Shown here: one piece after another, positions 27,245-36,836 of the stretch
Numbering within the stretch: the stretch's first letter is position 1
Layout of the letters: each line of letters starts with the position of its first letter
From: an uncultured Clostridia bacterium
Lineage (GTDB): Bacteria; Bacillota; Clostridia; Christensenellales; UBA1242
NCBI GenBank assembly: GCA_947089305.1
Contig: CAMUJQ010000001.1
Coordinates: 1 to 44,403 of the forward strand
Reading direction: 5' to 3'
Length of the DNA: 44,403 bases
Notes under the pieces: generated by a model
What the model was told of the DNA's origin: nothing
Databases searched by the model: none
Seen by the model: only the letters and a program-made list of their open reading frames with translations
Program-made: the position numbers and the translations under genes

Positions 27245-28963
27245 CTATTTTAATTGTGATTCATATATTTCTTTATATACTTCACATGTATCTAGCAACT
27301 CTTTGTGTTTTCCTATTCCAACCACATTGCCTTTATCTAAAACAATAATAATATCTGAATTTCTTACAGTGTTTGCACGCTGAGAAATTAAAACAACTGT
27401 TGCATTAACTTCTTCTTTAATTGCTCTTCTTAAATTTGCATCTGTTGCAAAATCAAGAGCAGAGGCACTATCGTCCATAATCAAAATTTCTGGGTCACCA
27501 ACAAGAGCACGTGCAATTGTTAGCCTTTGACGTTGACCGCCTGAAAAGTTTTTACCACCAGCCTGCACTTTAAAATCATATTTATCTGCTAAATCTTTTA
27601 CAAATTCTTCACTTTGAGAAATTCTAACTGCTTTATTTATTTCTTCTAAAGTTGCATCTTCTTTTCTAAATCTTAAATTCTTTTTAAGGGTTCCTTTAAA
27701 TAAAACTGCCTTTTGAGGAACTAAGCCAATTTTACCACGAAGTTGTTTAAAACTATAATCTTTTACATTTATACCATCAATAAAAACTTCGCCTTTTGTT
27801 GGGTCAAAAAATCTTTCTATTAAATGTGCAATACTGCTTTTGCCGCTACCAGTACCTCCAATAATTCCAACCGTTTGACCTGAATAAGCTTTGAAACTTA
27901 AGTTTGATACAGCAGGTCTTGCTGAATCTGAATATTTAAATGTTACATTTTTAAATTCAATTTTTGGAACTTCTTTGTTTTGCAAAAGTTCAATAAACTC
28001 GCTATTATTTTCTTGAACACTTGGTTGTGTTGCAAAAACTTCTCCTACTCGCTTAGCACAGTTTGCTGCTTTAATAAAGGAAATAATTAAATTTGCAAGA
28101 GAAATAAGCGCCATTGAAATTTGAGTTAAATAGTTAACAAAAGCAATAAGTTGTCCTTGAGTTAAACTTCCAACATTAACTTGCAAACCGCCAAACCAAA
28201 TTACTGCAATAATTGCAAAGTTAATAACAGTTCCTGTTATAGGATTAAGTAAACTAGAAATTGAAACAACTTTAACAGCAGATTTTCTTAAATTATTAGA
28301 AGCTGTTGCAAATCTTTCTTCTTCATAATCTTGTTTATTAAATGCTCGAACAACTCTTACGCCCGCCAAATTTTCTCGAGTAACTTCTGATACTCTATCT
28401 AAATTTTTTTGAGTTTTATTATATAAAGGTGTTGTTATTTTTAATATTACAAAAACGGCTATTAAAATTAAAGGCGCAACAATTAAAAATAGTAACGATA
28501 ATTTTATATCTATAATCATAGCCATAATTGCTGAACCAATAACTAACAATGGAGAACGCAAAGCCATTCTTAGAAAATTGCTTATTCCTTGTGCGACGCG
28601 CGCAACATCATGCGTCATTCTATTATTTAAAGTTGCTGTTCCAAATTTATCAAGTTCTGCGTGCGAAAAGGTATTTATGTGTGCGTACATTCCTTTTCTT
28701 ATATCATAGCTAAGCCCCGCTTGGGTTTTAGCAGCAAGTTTTGCACATATAGTTGCACAAATAAAACCAACTATATTCATTGCAACTACAATACTGCCAA
28801 CAATTAATATATACTTTAAATCTTTGTTGTGAACACCTATGTCAATCATTTTAGCCACTAAAAGAGGAATAACAATGTCTGTTATAGTTTCAAACATTTT
28901 AACAAGAGGAGCAACAACAACTTCCTTTTTATACCCTCGCAAATACTTCCAAATGTGTTTCAA
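27245..28963 (-). CDS. ABC exporter, fused permease/ATP-binding half-transporter (partner of 25213-27231)
   Basis: A 6-TM domain precedes an NBD with GGTGSGKSS, FSGGQRQR and LIMDDSAS. The tandem arrangement is typical of heterodimeric multidrug-type exporters. Confidence 0.88.
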   Translation of the reverse strand: MKHIWKYLRGYKKEVVVAPLVKMFETITDIVIPLLVAKMIDIGVHNKDLKYILIVGSIVVAMNIVGFICATICAKLAAKTQAGLSYDIRKGMYAHINTFSHAELDKFGTATLNNRMTHDVARVAQGISNFLRMALRSPLLVIGSAIMAMIIDIKLSLLFLIVAPLILIAVFVILKITTPLYNKTQKNLDRVSEVTRENLAGVRVVRAFNKQDYEEERFATASNNLRKSAVKVVSISSLLNPITGTVINFAIIAVIWFGGLQVNVGSLTQGQLIAFVNYLTQISMALISLANLIISFIKAANCAKRVGEVFATQPSVQENNSEFIELLQNKEVPKIEFKNVTFKYSDSARPAVSNLSFKAYSGQTVGIIGGTGSGKSSIAHLIERFFDPTKGEVFIDGINVKDYSFKQLRGKIGLVPQKAVLFKGTLKKNLRFRKEDATLEEINKAVRISQSEEFVKDLADKYDFKVQAGGKNFSGGQRQRLTIARALVGDPEILIMDDSASALDFATDANLRRAIKEEVNATVVLISQRANTVRNSDIIIVLDKGNVVGIGKHKELLDTCEVYKEIYESQLK

Positions 28964-29102
28964 CTTTTTATTCCTTTTTTAATTCATTTTGTTTATACAA
29001 CAAAATTATAACAAAGAAGATAAAAAAACAAAAATGATTTTACAAAAAAAATAAAATAATCAAAATTTTTAGGCATAAAAAATCACAGAACAATGCCTGT
29101 GA

Positions 29103-29660
29103 TTAACTATTTATAATGGCTTTTTGCTTTGCTAGGTTAGTAACTCTATTTACAAACTCAGTTTTTGCTTCTGTGTATGCATCTCTATTATATTTAAACT
29201 TTTTTTGCAATTTCAGTTTTAGTTTCTCATATTCTTTTGCAATTTTTGGATTGGCATTTAAATAATCTCTAAAATAAACTTCTTCTTCATCCCCTTCTAC
29301 TCTAATGTGTAAATGGAAAACTTTTTCTGCAAAGCCAGCTAAAGTATAGCCTTTATTAAGAGATATGCGAGTTTCTGCTGTTGACATTATGATATAACCA
29401 TTTTTTTCTAGAATGCTTGCAGTTTGTTTTAATTTATTTTTTGAGTTAACAACAACAAGAATATCTATAATTGGCTTAGCCATTATTTCATTAATTGCCG
29501 TGCTACCTATATGATGATATTTTACATCTGAAGAAAGCAAGTTTTTAAGTTGCGCCACTTCCTCGTTATACCATTCTTTCCAACACGAGTTATGTTCTTT
29601 TAAAATTATTGGAAACAACTGCCAAAGCTCTTCAAGTGTCATTTCATTTAACTTTTTCAT
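29103..29660 (-). CDS. GrpB family protein
   Basis: HHIGSTAI...AKPIIDILV and FHLHIR...YFRDYLNANPKIAKEYEKLK are hallmark GrpB motifs. An ATCACAG/CTGTGAT terminator overlaps the stop (29082-29103). Confidence 0.85.
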   Translation of the reverse strand: MKKLNEMTLEELWQLFPIILKEHNSCWKEWYNEEVAQLKNLLSSDVKYHHIGSTAINEIMAKPIIDILVVVNSKNKLKQTASILEKNGYIIMSTAETRISLNKGYTLAGFAEKVFHLHIRVEGDEEEVYFRDYLNANPKIAKEYEKLKLKLQKKFKYNRDAYTEAKTEFVNRVTNLAKQKAIINS

Positions 29661-29903
29661 ATTTTCATTATATCATACTGCTTTGCAATTTGTTGCAGTT
29701 TTAGCTTATATATTTTTGAAGGTTTTTAATTTTTTTACTATAAAAAAACTTTTTAAATGGCAAACTTGAACTAAGGGCAAAAATTATTTTTAATAATAGG
29801 CAATTTAGCCCTAAGCAACATAGCAGATTCGCCACAAAAAAAGTTACATAAACTAAAAATTTTTATTTACACAAAGCTAAAATTTGGAGCTAAAGCTTAT
29901 TTT

Positions 29904-29978
29904 TGGAGCTGGTGGTGGGGATCGAACCCACTCTCTCGACATTACCAATGTCGTGCTTTCCCATTAAGCCACACCAGC
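29904..29978 (-). tRNA. tRNA-Thr (anticodon GGT), CCA encoded
   Basis: The reverse complement has GCTGGTG...CACCAGC acceptor, stem CGACA/TGTCG, loop TTGGTAA and T-arm GTGGG-TTCGATC-CCCAC. A TTGACA-17-TATTAT promoter lies at 29988-30016 on the minus strand. Confidence 0.92.
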
Positions 29979-30089
29979 GTATTTTCAATAATACAATACA
30001 TAAGCAAACTTGTCAACTTAATAAAAAACTTTTGCTTTTTTGTTTTGTTTGCATTTAATTTTTATTTGTGCTAAACTTAACAATAACAT

Positions 30090-30163
30090 GCGGGCGTAGT
30101 ACATCGGTAGTATGCGAGCTTCCCAAGCTTGAGAGGTGGGTCCGACTCCCATCGTCCGCTCCA
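30090..30163 (+). tRNA. tRNA-Gly (anticodon CCC), CCA encoded, atypical T-loop (C55)
   Basis: Acceptor GCGGGCG/CGTCCGC (one GU pair), anticodon stem CGAGC/GCTTG, loop TTCCCAA, T-arm GTGGG-TCCGACT-CCCAT. A possible TTGCAT-17-TAAACT promoter lies at 30049-30077. Confidence 0.85.
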
Positions 30164-30590
30164 AAGTTACAAAGCACAATATAACGTATTAAAAAAACAA
30201 ATAGTTTGTTAAATATTGTGTTTTTTATTTTTTAGGAACAATTTAGGCACATTTTTTATTAATGTGCAATAAGTTTCCCTCCTGCGTGCTAACTATATTT
30301 AATAAAAGTCTTTTTTTTGAAAAGGCTTTTTTCTTTTTAAAACAATGCTCATAATGTTATTTAAAAATATATTAAGGGCTACAGCTATAACATTTTTAAA
30401 AATGATAACTTCGCAAAATTAAACACAAAAATTAAAATTATAAACTTAAACTAACATAGAAGGAAAAAGAATTAGAAATCATGAATAATAAAGCGGATAT
30501 TCTTTTTTTTAACTAATTTAGTTTATCAATAATTTTAGTTGACTTTTATTTTTATTGTTGCAATAATTATTATATTGTAGAGGAAAAAAT

Positions 30591-31142
30591 ATGAGTAAAT
30601 ATAAAATCATTGCCGTTGTTGGAATGTGCGGAAGTGGCAAATCTGTTGCCGTTGACGAATTTGTAAAGCGTGGCTGGAAAAAGATTTATTTTGGTGAAGC
30701 AACTTTTATGAAAATGAAAGAACTAGGCCTTGAAATAAATGAAGAAAATGAAAGAAAAGTTCGTGAAGAACTTCGCGCCAGTGGCGACAAAGGCATTTAT
30801 GCAAAAATTTTTCTTCCAGAAATTGAAAAATGGCATAAAAAATGCAATGTTGTTATTGAAAGCATGTATTCATGGAGCGAATATAAAATAATTAAAGAAA
30901 AATTTGGAGATGCTTTTGAAGTATTATGCATTGCAACAAATGCTAAACTTAGAAGAGAACGGCTTGAAATTAGAAAATTTAGACCTATGGACTTTGAAAC
31001 AAGTAAAGCTCGCGATTATGCTGAAATTGAAAACATTGAAAAAGGTGGCCCAATTGGCATTGCTGACTATTACATTTCAGGAAACTGCAGCAAGGCTACT
31101 TATAAAAAGAATGTTATAAAGTTTATTGAGTCGCAAATGTAA
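30591..31142 (+). CDS. P-loop nucleotide kinase-like protein (UPF0200/dephospho-CoA-kinase-like fold)
   Basis: Walker A GMCGSGKS sits at the N-terminus. The length of 183 aa and the overall pattern resemble small AAA/NMP-kinase-like proteins. Confidence 0.55.
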   Translation: MSKYKIIAVVGMCGSGKSVAVDEFVKRGWKKIYFGEATFMKMKELGLEINEENERKVREELRASGDKGIYAKIFLPEIEKWHKKCNVVIESMYSWSEYKIIKEKFGDAFEVLCIATNAKLRRERLEIRKFRPMDFETSKARDYAEIENIEKGGPIGIADYYISGNCSKATYKKNVIKFIESQM

Positions 31143-31218
31143 AATTATATATTTTATAAATTAAACAAAAACACCTATCATTATTTTTGATAAGGTGTTT
31201 TTTTAATTGTTAAATTCA

Positions 31219-31938
31219 TTATTTTTTAATTAAGGTTTCTACTTCCATTCTGCCAAGTTCATTGCAACGGTCTTTTAAATACTCAGCAATTTCATATCTG
31301 TCTTTAAACTTTGCTTTTAACTCACTATATTTTACTGGTGCATCAAAAATATAGTTTCGCTTTTTTTTGTGAAAATAGCTAACATATATTGGAACATCAA
31401 TACCATTTTTTAAACAATGCTCAGCAAGAAGAACAAAGCCAGCATAAAATTTTTGTATCTCATCAAAATAACCCTTGCTTGAATCTTCTGGGAAAATTAT
31501 AATATTTTCTTTATTGTCTTTTATCGCTGTTAGCGACTTAGCTAAAGTTTGCCTCAATCTTGAATCTTGATAAGTTGAAATTAAGTTTAAACCTTTATAA
31601 AATAAATTTGTTAATGGACTAACCACTAAACAAACAAATCTTGCAAAATGTAAGTTCCACTTCTTTTTTTGATGATAATAAATTTTTGTTTGATAATTAT
31701 ATAAGTTTTTAATGCCCGAATTCATTTCATCTGTTCCCCAAATTCTAATAGGATAATCCACATAAATTTCAAGAGTTAATGGTGCAAAGGAACTAACATG
31801 ATTACTTAATATAATTGATCCCTCTGTGGGTTTTTCTCCTAAATAAATAAACTTAGGTTTATGATAAATTATTTTTAATACTTGCTTTAAGCCTCTATAC
31901 CAAGCCTTTCGCTTTTGTTTAAACTTCTTTTTTTTCAT
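31219..31938 (-). CDS. acyltransferase-like protein (PlsC/LPLAT superfamily, divergent)
   Basis: It has an SNHVSSF segment (NH present, canonical Asp of HX4D absent) and IIIFPEDSSKG resembling the FPEG block. Confidence 0.4.
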   Translation of the reverse strand: MKKKKFKQKRKAWYRGLKQVLKIIYHKPKFIYLGEKPTEGSIILSNHVSSFAPLTLEIYVDYPIRIWGTDEMNSGIKNLYNYQTKIYYHQKKKWNLHFARFVCLVVSPLTNLFYKGLNLISTYQDSRLRQTLAKSLTAIKDNKENIIIFPEDSSKGYFDEIQKFYAGFVLLAEHCLKNGIDVPIYVSYFHKKKRNYIFDAPVKYSELKAKFKDRYEIAEYLKDRCNELGRMEVETLIKK

Positions 31939-32044
31939 TTACAATCCCTATAACTATAATAAATGAATTATGCCATAAAAGCATTGTTACACGCAAACAT
32001 TTTTGCTTGTTAACTAAAATTATTGTTATTAAATATACTACACT

Positions 32045-32998
32045 ATGAAACAAAAAACATTAAACAACTTAAAAAAAATAGAAAAGTTAATTGGTAACAC
32101 TCCACTAATTAAAATAACTTATAAATATCAAAACATAAAGCGCACTGCGCTAGCAAAACTTGAATGGTACAATTTAACAGGTAGCATTAAAGATAGACCT
32201 GCATTAGAAATAATTAAGCAAGCCTATAAAAATGGAGAGTTGAGTGAAAATCAAACAATATGTGAAACAACATCGGGTAACATGGGCATTTCTATTGCTG
32301 CAATTGCTAAAGTAACAAATAATCCCGTTGTCATTTGCATGCCTAAATTTATGAGTAAAGAACGAATTAATTTACTAAAACTTTTAGGTGCTCAGTTAGA
32401 ATTAACGGATAGTTTTCAAGCCGCTTTTAAAAAAGCTCAAGAATATAAAAATAAAGGTGCATTCTTACCTTACCAATTTGAAAATAATAACAATATGTTG
32501 GCTCATTATAAAACAACAGCTCAAGAAATTTATAATAAACAAAAAAATGTTCCTTGTTTTGTTAGTGGTGTTGGAACGGGTGGAACATTAATTGGCATTG
32601 GAAAATTTCTTAAAAATAAATGTGGCACTCAAATTTATGCTATTGATCCCCTTGAAGCTAGTTTGCTAAAAACAGGTGTGAGTAAAGGTAAACATAAAAT
32701 ACAAGGCCTTAGCGATGGAATAATTCCAAAACTTTATGATAGTTCTTTAGTTGATAAAATAATATCAATAAAGTCTGATGATGCTATATGTATGGCAAAA
32801 AAACTTTCAAGTAAACTTGGGCTTGCTGTTGGCATTTCAAGTGGAGCAAACTTTTTGGGTTGTGTGCTTAGTAAGTTAAATAACGCCACAACAGTTTTTG
32901 CTGACGATAATAAAAAATACTTATCTACCGATTTAATTGAAAATTTAAATAGCGATTTAGTTGATTCTATTGAATTAATAAAATATGAATTTATTTAA
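32045..32998 (+). CDS. cysK: cysteine synthase / O-acetylserine sulfhydrylase family (PLP-dependent)
   Basis: It has IGNTPLIKI, the PLP lysine in GSIKDRPAL, TSGNMGISIA, and the Gly-rich loop GVGTGGTLIGIG. Confidence 0.8.
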   Translation: MKQKTLNNLKKIEKLIGNTPLIKITYKYQNIKRTALAKLEWYNLTGSIKDRPALEIIKQAYKNGELSENQTICETTSGNMGISIAAIAKVTNNPVVICMPKFMSKERINLLKLLGAQLELTDSFQAAFKKAQEYKNKGAFLPYQFENNNNMLAHYKTTAQEIYNKQKNVPCFVSGVGTGGTLIGIGKFLKNKCGTQIYAIDPLEASLLKTGVSKGKHKIQGLSDGIIPKLYDSSLVDKIISIKSDDAICMAKKLSSKLGLAVGISSGANFLGCVLSKLNNATTVFADDNKKYLSTDLIENLNSDLVDSIELIKYEFI

Positions 32999-33033
32999 AC
33001 ATAAATTAAAAAGGGTGTTTACTTCTCACCCTT

Positions 33034-33252
33034 TTATCTTCTTCTACGTAAACCTTGATTAGAAGAATATATATCTTCTCTATCTTCTTTATATTCATAT
33101 TCAAGACTAGAAAGTCTAACAGCAATTTCTTCTTTTAAATCTTTAATTTCTTTACTAGATAAATATCTACTTTTTCCGTTCATATCTTTTACTGTTTGAA
33201 TTGGTTTTACAATTTTACCATTTGATGTGCGAAAAATACCATGATTATACAT
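33034..33252 (-). CDS. small hypothetical protein, 72 aa, basic C-terminus
   Basis: ORF only, with an AAAAGGAGC-type RBS. An AAGGGTG/CACCCTT terminator lies at 33011-33033. Confidence 0.4.
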   Translation of the reverse strand: MYNHGIFRTSNGKIVKPIQTVKDMNGKSRYLSSKEIKDLKEEIAVRLSSLEYEYKEDREDIYSSNQGLRRRR

Positions 33253-33336
33253 ATATTATAAGCTCCTTTTTGTTGTGTGAAAGTAGCAGAATTGTAGCAT
33301 ATCTAAAAGATAATGTAAACAGATTTTTTGTAAGTT

Positions 33337-34119
33337 TTAAAGTTTTTCCATTGCTTCAACTGCATATCTAATAACTCTTTCACGAAGTTCAAATTTATCA
33401 TATGAACGAGTTTGCCATTTTTGTCCATTATTAACATCACTATAATACATTAAACAACCATATTCAACTTTACGAGATTTTGCAACTGCACATAAACTTG
33501 CATGTTCCATGTCAACTGCCGTTGCTCCATCATTTACCCTGGCTTGAATTCTTCTTGGTGTTTCACGATATATAGCATCTGTTGTCCATATAACGCCGTT
33601 ATTGTATATTTCTTTATGATTTTTTAAAACACTAGAAATTGCAGTTACAACTCTTTTTGTTGAATCCACAAATTTAGACGCCGCTAAATAATGATAGCTT
33701 GTTCCCTCGTCTCTTATTGCTTTAACAGGAACAAAAAAGTGGTCAAAATTTACATCTACAATAGCGCCACAAGAACCAACTCCAATAAAGGTTTTTATGC
33801 CAACATAAACAAGTTCTTCCATTAAGTTTGCACTAGCTGGACCCCCAAGCGGACAAAGTGCAATTAAAACTTTTTTATCGTATAAATAAACAGGTGAAAT
33901 TGAACTTGCAGATTTAAATCTATAAATTAATTTGCATTTAGAATATATGTTTTTAATTTTTCTAAAATCGCGCGGAAAAAAGAAAATACATTTATCTATT
34001 CCTAGTTTTTTGCATTCTTCAAAACGCCAGAATTCTTTTTTGCCATTTGAAAAAAATACTGATAAATTTACCATTTCATCATTGTAAAACTCTATAATTG
34101 GTATTTCGTTATCTTCCAT
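33337..34119 (-). CDS. nucleoside phosphorylase family protein (PNP_UDP_1, uridine-phosphorylase-like)
   Basis: PLGGPASANLMEEL, IGVGSCGA, RDEGTSYHY and VDMEHASL blocks align with the uridine/purine nucleoside phosphorylase fold. Confidence 0.7.
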   Translation of the reverse strand: MEDNEIPIIEFYNDEMVNLSVFFSNGKKEFWRFEECKKLGIDKCIFFFPRDFRKIKNIYSKCKLIYRFKSASSISPVYLYDKKVLIALCPLGGPASANLMEELVYVGIKTFIGVGSCGAIVDVNFDHFFVPVKAIRDEGTSYHYLAASKFVDSTKRVVTAISSVLKNHKEIYNNGVIWTTDAIYRETPRRIQARVNDGATAVDMEHASLCAVAKSRKVEYGCLMYYSDVNNGQKWQTRSYDKFELRERVIRYAVEAMEKL

Positions 34120-34200
34120 ACAACTCCTTATTTTTATTATAGCATATAAAAAAATAATTGTATATTTTTTATTATATACAATTAAATTTTATTACCTAAT

Positions 34201-34890
34201 CTATTTAAATATAATTCTCCAATACAAGGGTTTAACTTTTGTTATTAATAAAATAATAACCATTGAGAGCCCATCTATTGCAATCAACAAACCTAAGGTC
34301 CAATTTATGAATGTGGCAAGTTTATAAGACATATGTTTTTGTTGCCAGTGAATAAGCGGAAAAAATATAAATTTCATATACAACCACGCCCCAAAACCAA
34401 ATGCAATCATTGTTGGTAAGCTAGTATATTTTGTAATATGAAGTGGCACATGTGAATAATTCCAAAGTGAAAGCCCCGTTGTTATCTCATAAAAATAACC
34501 TGCTAATATTTCTCCTATGCCAACAAAAAGAATTACAACAGCTAAATAAATTAAATTAGACCATAACTTTTTTAATCTAAAATTGCTTTTAAAAATTTTA
34601 AGGCCAAATATGTGAACATCGTTTGGATTTCCAAGAACAAGAAACATAGCAAATACAGCTATTCCATAGGCAAAAATAAATGGTAACACATGGTATCTAC
34701 TATCTAATATTTTAGCATTAATTAGTCTAAAAATATTTTCAGTAAGCCATCCAGCGAACGAACCAATAATCATAACAATGCCAATATAACTTAACTCTAT
34801 CCCAAACAATTTTGGCGGGCTTTTTTGTGTTGTCAAACTTTTTACATTTGAGTTTTGCAGCGCTTGTGCATTATTATAATTTTTTTCCAT
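34201..34890 (-). CDS. integral membrane protein (possibly putative ABC-transporter type IV / CmpB-like family)
   Basis: 229 aa with about 6 TM segments. The GWLTENIF-type first helix supports the family call only weakly. Confidence 0.35.
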   Translation of the reverse strand: MEKNYNNAQALQNSNVKSLTTQKSPPKLFGIELSYIGIVMIIGSFAGWLTENIFRLINAKILDSRYHVLPFIFAYGIAVFAMFLVLGNPNDVHIFGLKIFKSNFRLKKLWSNLIYLAVVILFVGIGEILAGYFYEITTGLSLWNYSHVPLHITKYTSLPTMIAFGFGAWLYMKFIFFPLIHWQQKHMSYKLATFINWTLGLLIAIDGLSMVIILLITKVKPLYWRIIFK

Positions 34891-35373
34891 GATAACCCCT
34901 TGTTACAATTAGTGTGTGTAAATGTTTAAGTAACAATTCATGGATTTTTAAGTTAACTCAAATAACTAGCTTTTAAAACTATTTTAAACAAAAAAGCCAT
35001 CGATATTTTGATGGCGTATTCTCACATAATTTATTAAAATTTTCAATTAAAGAAACTGTAAAAATTTCTTCTGGATTATACTCTTGATGTTAAAAATTCG
35101 GGCTTTTGATGTTTTGTATTAAAGCGCTCGTCTTATTTTATTGTAATGTTATTCAACAATATATTTATATTTGTTTAATTCTTCCATTTTTTAATTTTTC
35201 TTTTATAATATTTTATGCTAGCTTTGTGTATCAAATTTAATAAATAAGCACAAGGGCTTTTACAAATTAAATATTTTTTTAAAAAGTGTGGCATTTTTTG
35301 TAGATTGTTTTTTTGTTAATCGCTAATACTAAAATTCTCCACAAAAAGTTTACAACAAAATGTTAAAAATGAC

Positions 35374-35402
35374 TTTACAATAATTATTTTCTTTGTTATA
35401 AT
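35374..35402 (+). promoter_or_regulatory. sigma70-type promoter for tRNA-Ser
   Basis: TTTACA (35374-35379), a 17-nt spacer, then TATAAT (35397-35402). It lies about 38 nt upstream of the tRNA. Confidence 0.55.
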
Positions 35403-35440
35403 GTAAATACCATGTTTTAAATATGGCGAATTTTATATTT

Positions 35441-35530
35441 GGAGAAATACCCAAGTGGTTAAGGGGCTCCCCTGCTAAGGGAGTAGGTCTGTTAAAGGGC
35501 GCATGGGTTCAAATCCCATTTTCTCCGCCA
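35441..35530 (+). tRNA. tRNA-Ser (anticodon GCT), class II with long variable arm, CCA encoded
   Basis: Acceptor GGAGAAA/TTTCTCC, anticodon stem CTCCC/GGGAG, loop CTGCTAA, T-arm ATGGG-TTCAAAT-CCCAT. A TCCC-GCAA-GGGA + T7 terminator follows at 35533-35551. Confidence 0.92.
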
Positions 35531-35667
35531 ATTCCCGCAAGGGATTTTTTTATTTTTAAAAATGGGATTTAAAAGGCTTTGCCTTTTTGTGCGTTATCGC
35601 ACTGAACCCATGCTCGCATGGCTGACGCTTTGCTCTCGAAAACAAGTTTTCTTCGCTTGCTATATAA

Positions 35668-35711
35668 CAAATCCCAAATTCTACCGCCAATTCCCGCAAG
35701 GGATTTTTTTT
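35668..35711 (+). repeat. imperfect direct repeat of the tRNA-Ser 3' end plus its terminator (copy of 35510-35551), attR-like
   Basis: CAAATCCCAAATTCTACCGCCAATTCCCGCAAGGGATTTTTTTT compares with CAAATCCCATTTTCTCCGCCAATTCCCGCAAGGGATTTTTTT. There are 2 substitutions and a 1-nt insertion, all in the tRNA-derived part. Confidence 0.85.
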
Positions 35712-35890
35712 AAGCACATGTTTATTCACTTTTTAGAAATAAATTTATTACAAGGGGTAAGCAACTTCCCATTGGTTAACAATTATATTTTTTAAGATAT
35801 TTAAAAAATTTCTTATTATTGTTTGTTATAAATTTTTTTATGTGATATACTAACTATAGTAATTAATTTAACAAACAAGAGAGAAAGTAT

Positions 35891-36709
35891 ATGAATTGGT
35901 TTGAAAAATTTATTTATGCACTTCAATTTGAAGTTAAAAAACCATCTCTTTTTGGATGGTATCATATTTGCGCCATTGCTATAACAGCAATTCTAGTAAC
36001 TCTCATTTTCGTTTTTAGAAAAAAGATTTCAAAAAAATTTATTAATATATTGCTTATAGTTTTTGGTTCCACTTTAATTTTTCTTGAAATATTTAAACAA
36101 TGCATACACTCTATGAGCGTGGTAAACGGCATAGCTGTGTGGTCTTACGATTGGCATAGTTTCCCATTTCAATTTTGCTCTGTTCCAATTTTATTAATGT
36201 TTATTGCAGGCATTATTAGAAAGGGGAAAGTTTATAATGCAATTTTATGCTTCTTAGGAACATTTTCATTATTTGCAGGAATTGTCGTTGTATTATATCC
36301 TTCAACAGTTTTATCTGAACATATATTTTTATCAATCCACACAATGCTATGGCACTGTTCAATGGTTTTAATTGGCTTTATGATTCTTGCTACAAAATCT
36401 ATTGACTTAAATATAAAATCAGTTTTAAAAGCCTTAATTGTTTTTGCAATTATAATCTCTCTGGCTCAAATCATGAATATTATTTGGCATTTCTGCGGCA
36501 ATGAACAAACTTTTAATATGTTTTACATAAGTCCATATTATGAATGTGAGTTACCACTTTTATCTGACATAAAAGAAAAGACGCCTTATATTGTTTTCTT
36601 ACTTTGCTATTTATTAGGGTTTATTGCAATTGCATTTTTAATTATGGGAATTGCAATTGGAATTGATAAGTTACACAATAAAATAATATCAAAAAAGCAA
36701 ACTAAATAG
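35891..36709 (+). CDS. polytopic integral membrane protein (possibly YwaF/TIGR02206-like)
   Basis: 272 aa with about 7 TM segments and a good RBS (AGAGAGAAAG). The family call is tentative. Confidence 0.35.
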   Translation: MNWFEKFIYALQFEVKKPSLFGWYHICAIAITAILVTLIFVFRKKISKKFINILLIVFGSTLIFLEIFKQCIHSMSVVNGIAVWSYDWHSFPFQFCSVPILLMFIAGIIRKGKVYNAILCFLGTFSLFAGIVVVLYPSTVLSEHIFLSIHTMLWHCSMVLIGFMILATKSIDLNIKSVLKALIVFAIIISLAQIMNIIWHFCGNEQTFNMFYISPYYECELPLLSDIKEKTPYIVFLLCYLLGFIAIAFLIMGIAIGIDKLHNKIISKKQTK

Positions 36710-36836
36710 TTTTGCTTTTTTGATAACTCACAGCGTTACATAAATTTCAAAAGTTGAACAATATTTACCTTTAACAAAATAAATTTTTTAAACGCTTTGT
36801 TATAATCTATGTTCCAAAACTAAAAGGATTTTTAAA

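Noticed and set aside
29771-29815. Inverted repeat CTAAGGGC...GCCCTAAG with a loop of about 29 nt, plus three GGCAA motifs, between grpB-family gene and tRNA-Thr; considered as riboswitch or sRNA
   Set aside because: A single 8-bp stem in an AT-rich spacer with no recognisable riboswitch core and no adjacent terminator. I cannot support it without comparative or expression data.
29883-29910. 9-nt repeat TTTGGAGCT at the 3' end of tRNA-Thr, considered as a third att-like duplication
   Set aside because: It is only 9 nt long and 19 nt from the original, with no GGCTGACGC module or T-arm copy. It is too short to separate from chance or from the local terminator sequence.
35562-35795. 77-aa plus-strand ORF from the track
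   Set aside because: It starts inside the inverted T-arm copy and reads through the hairpin module and the duplicated tRNA-Ser 3' end and terminator. It has no RBS. The structured non-coding repeats explain it better.
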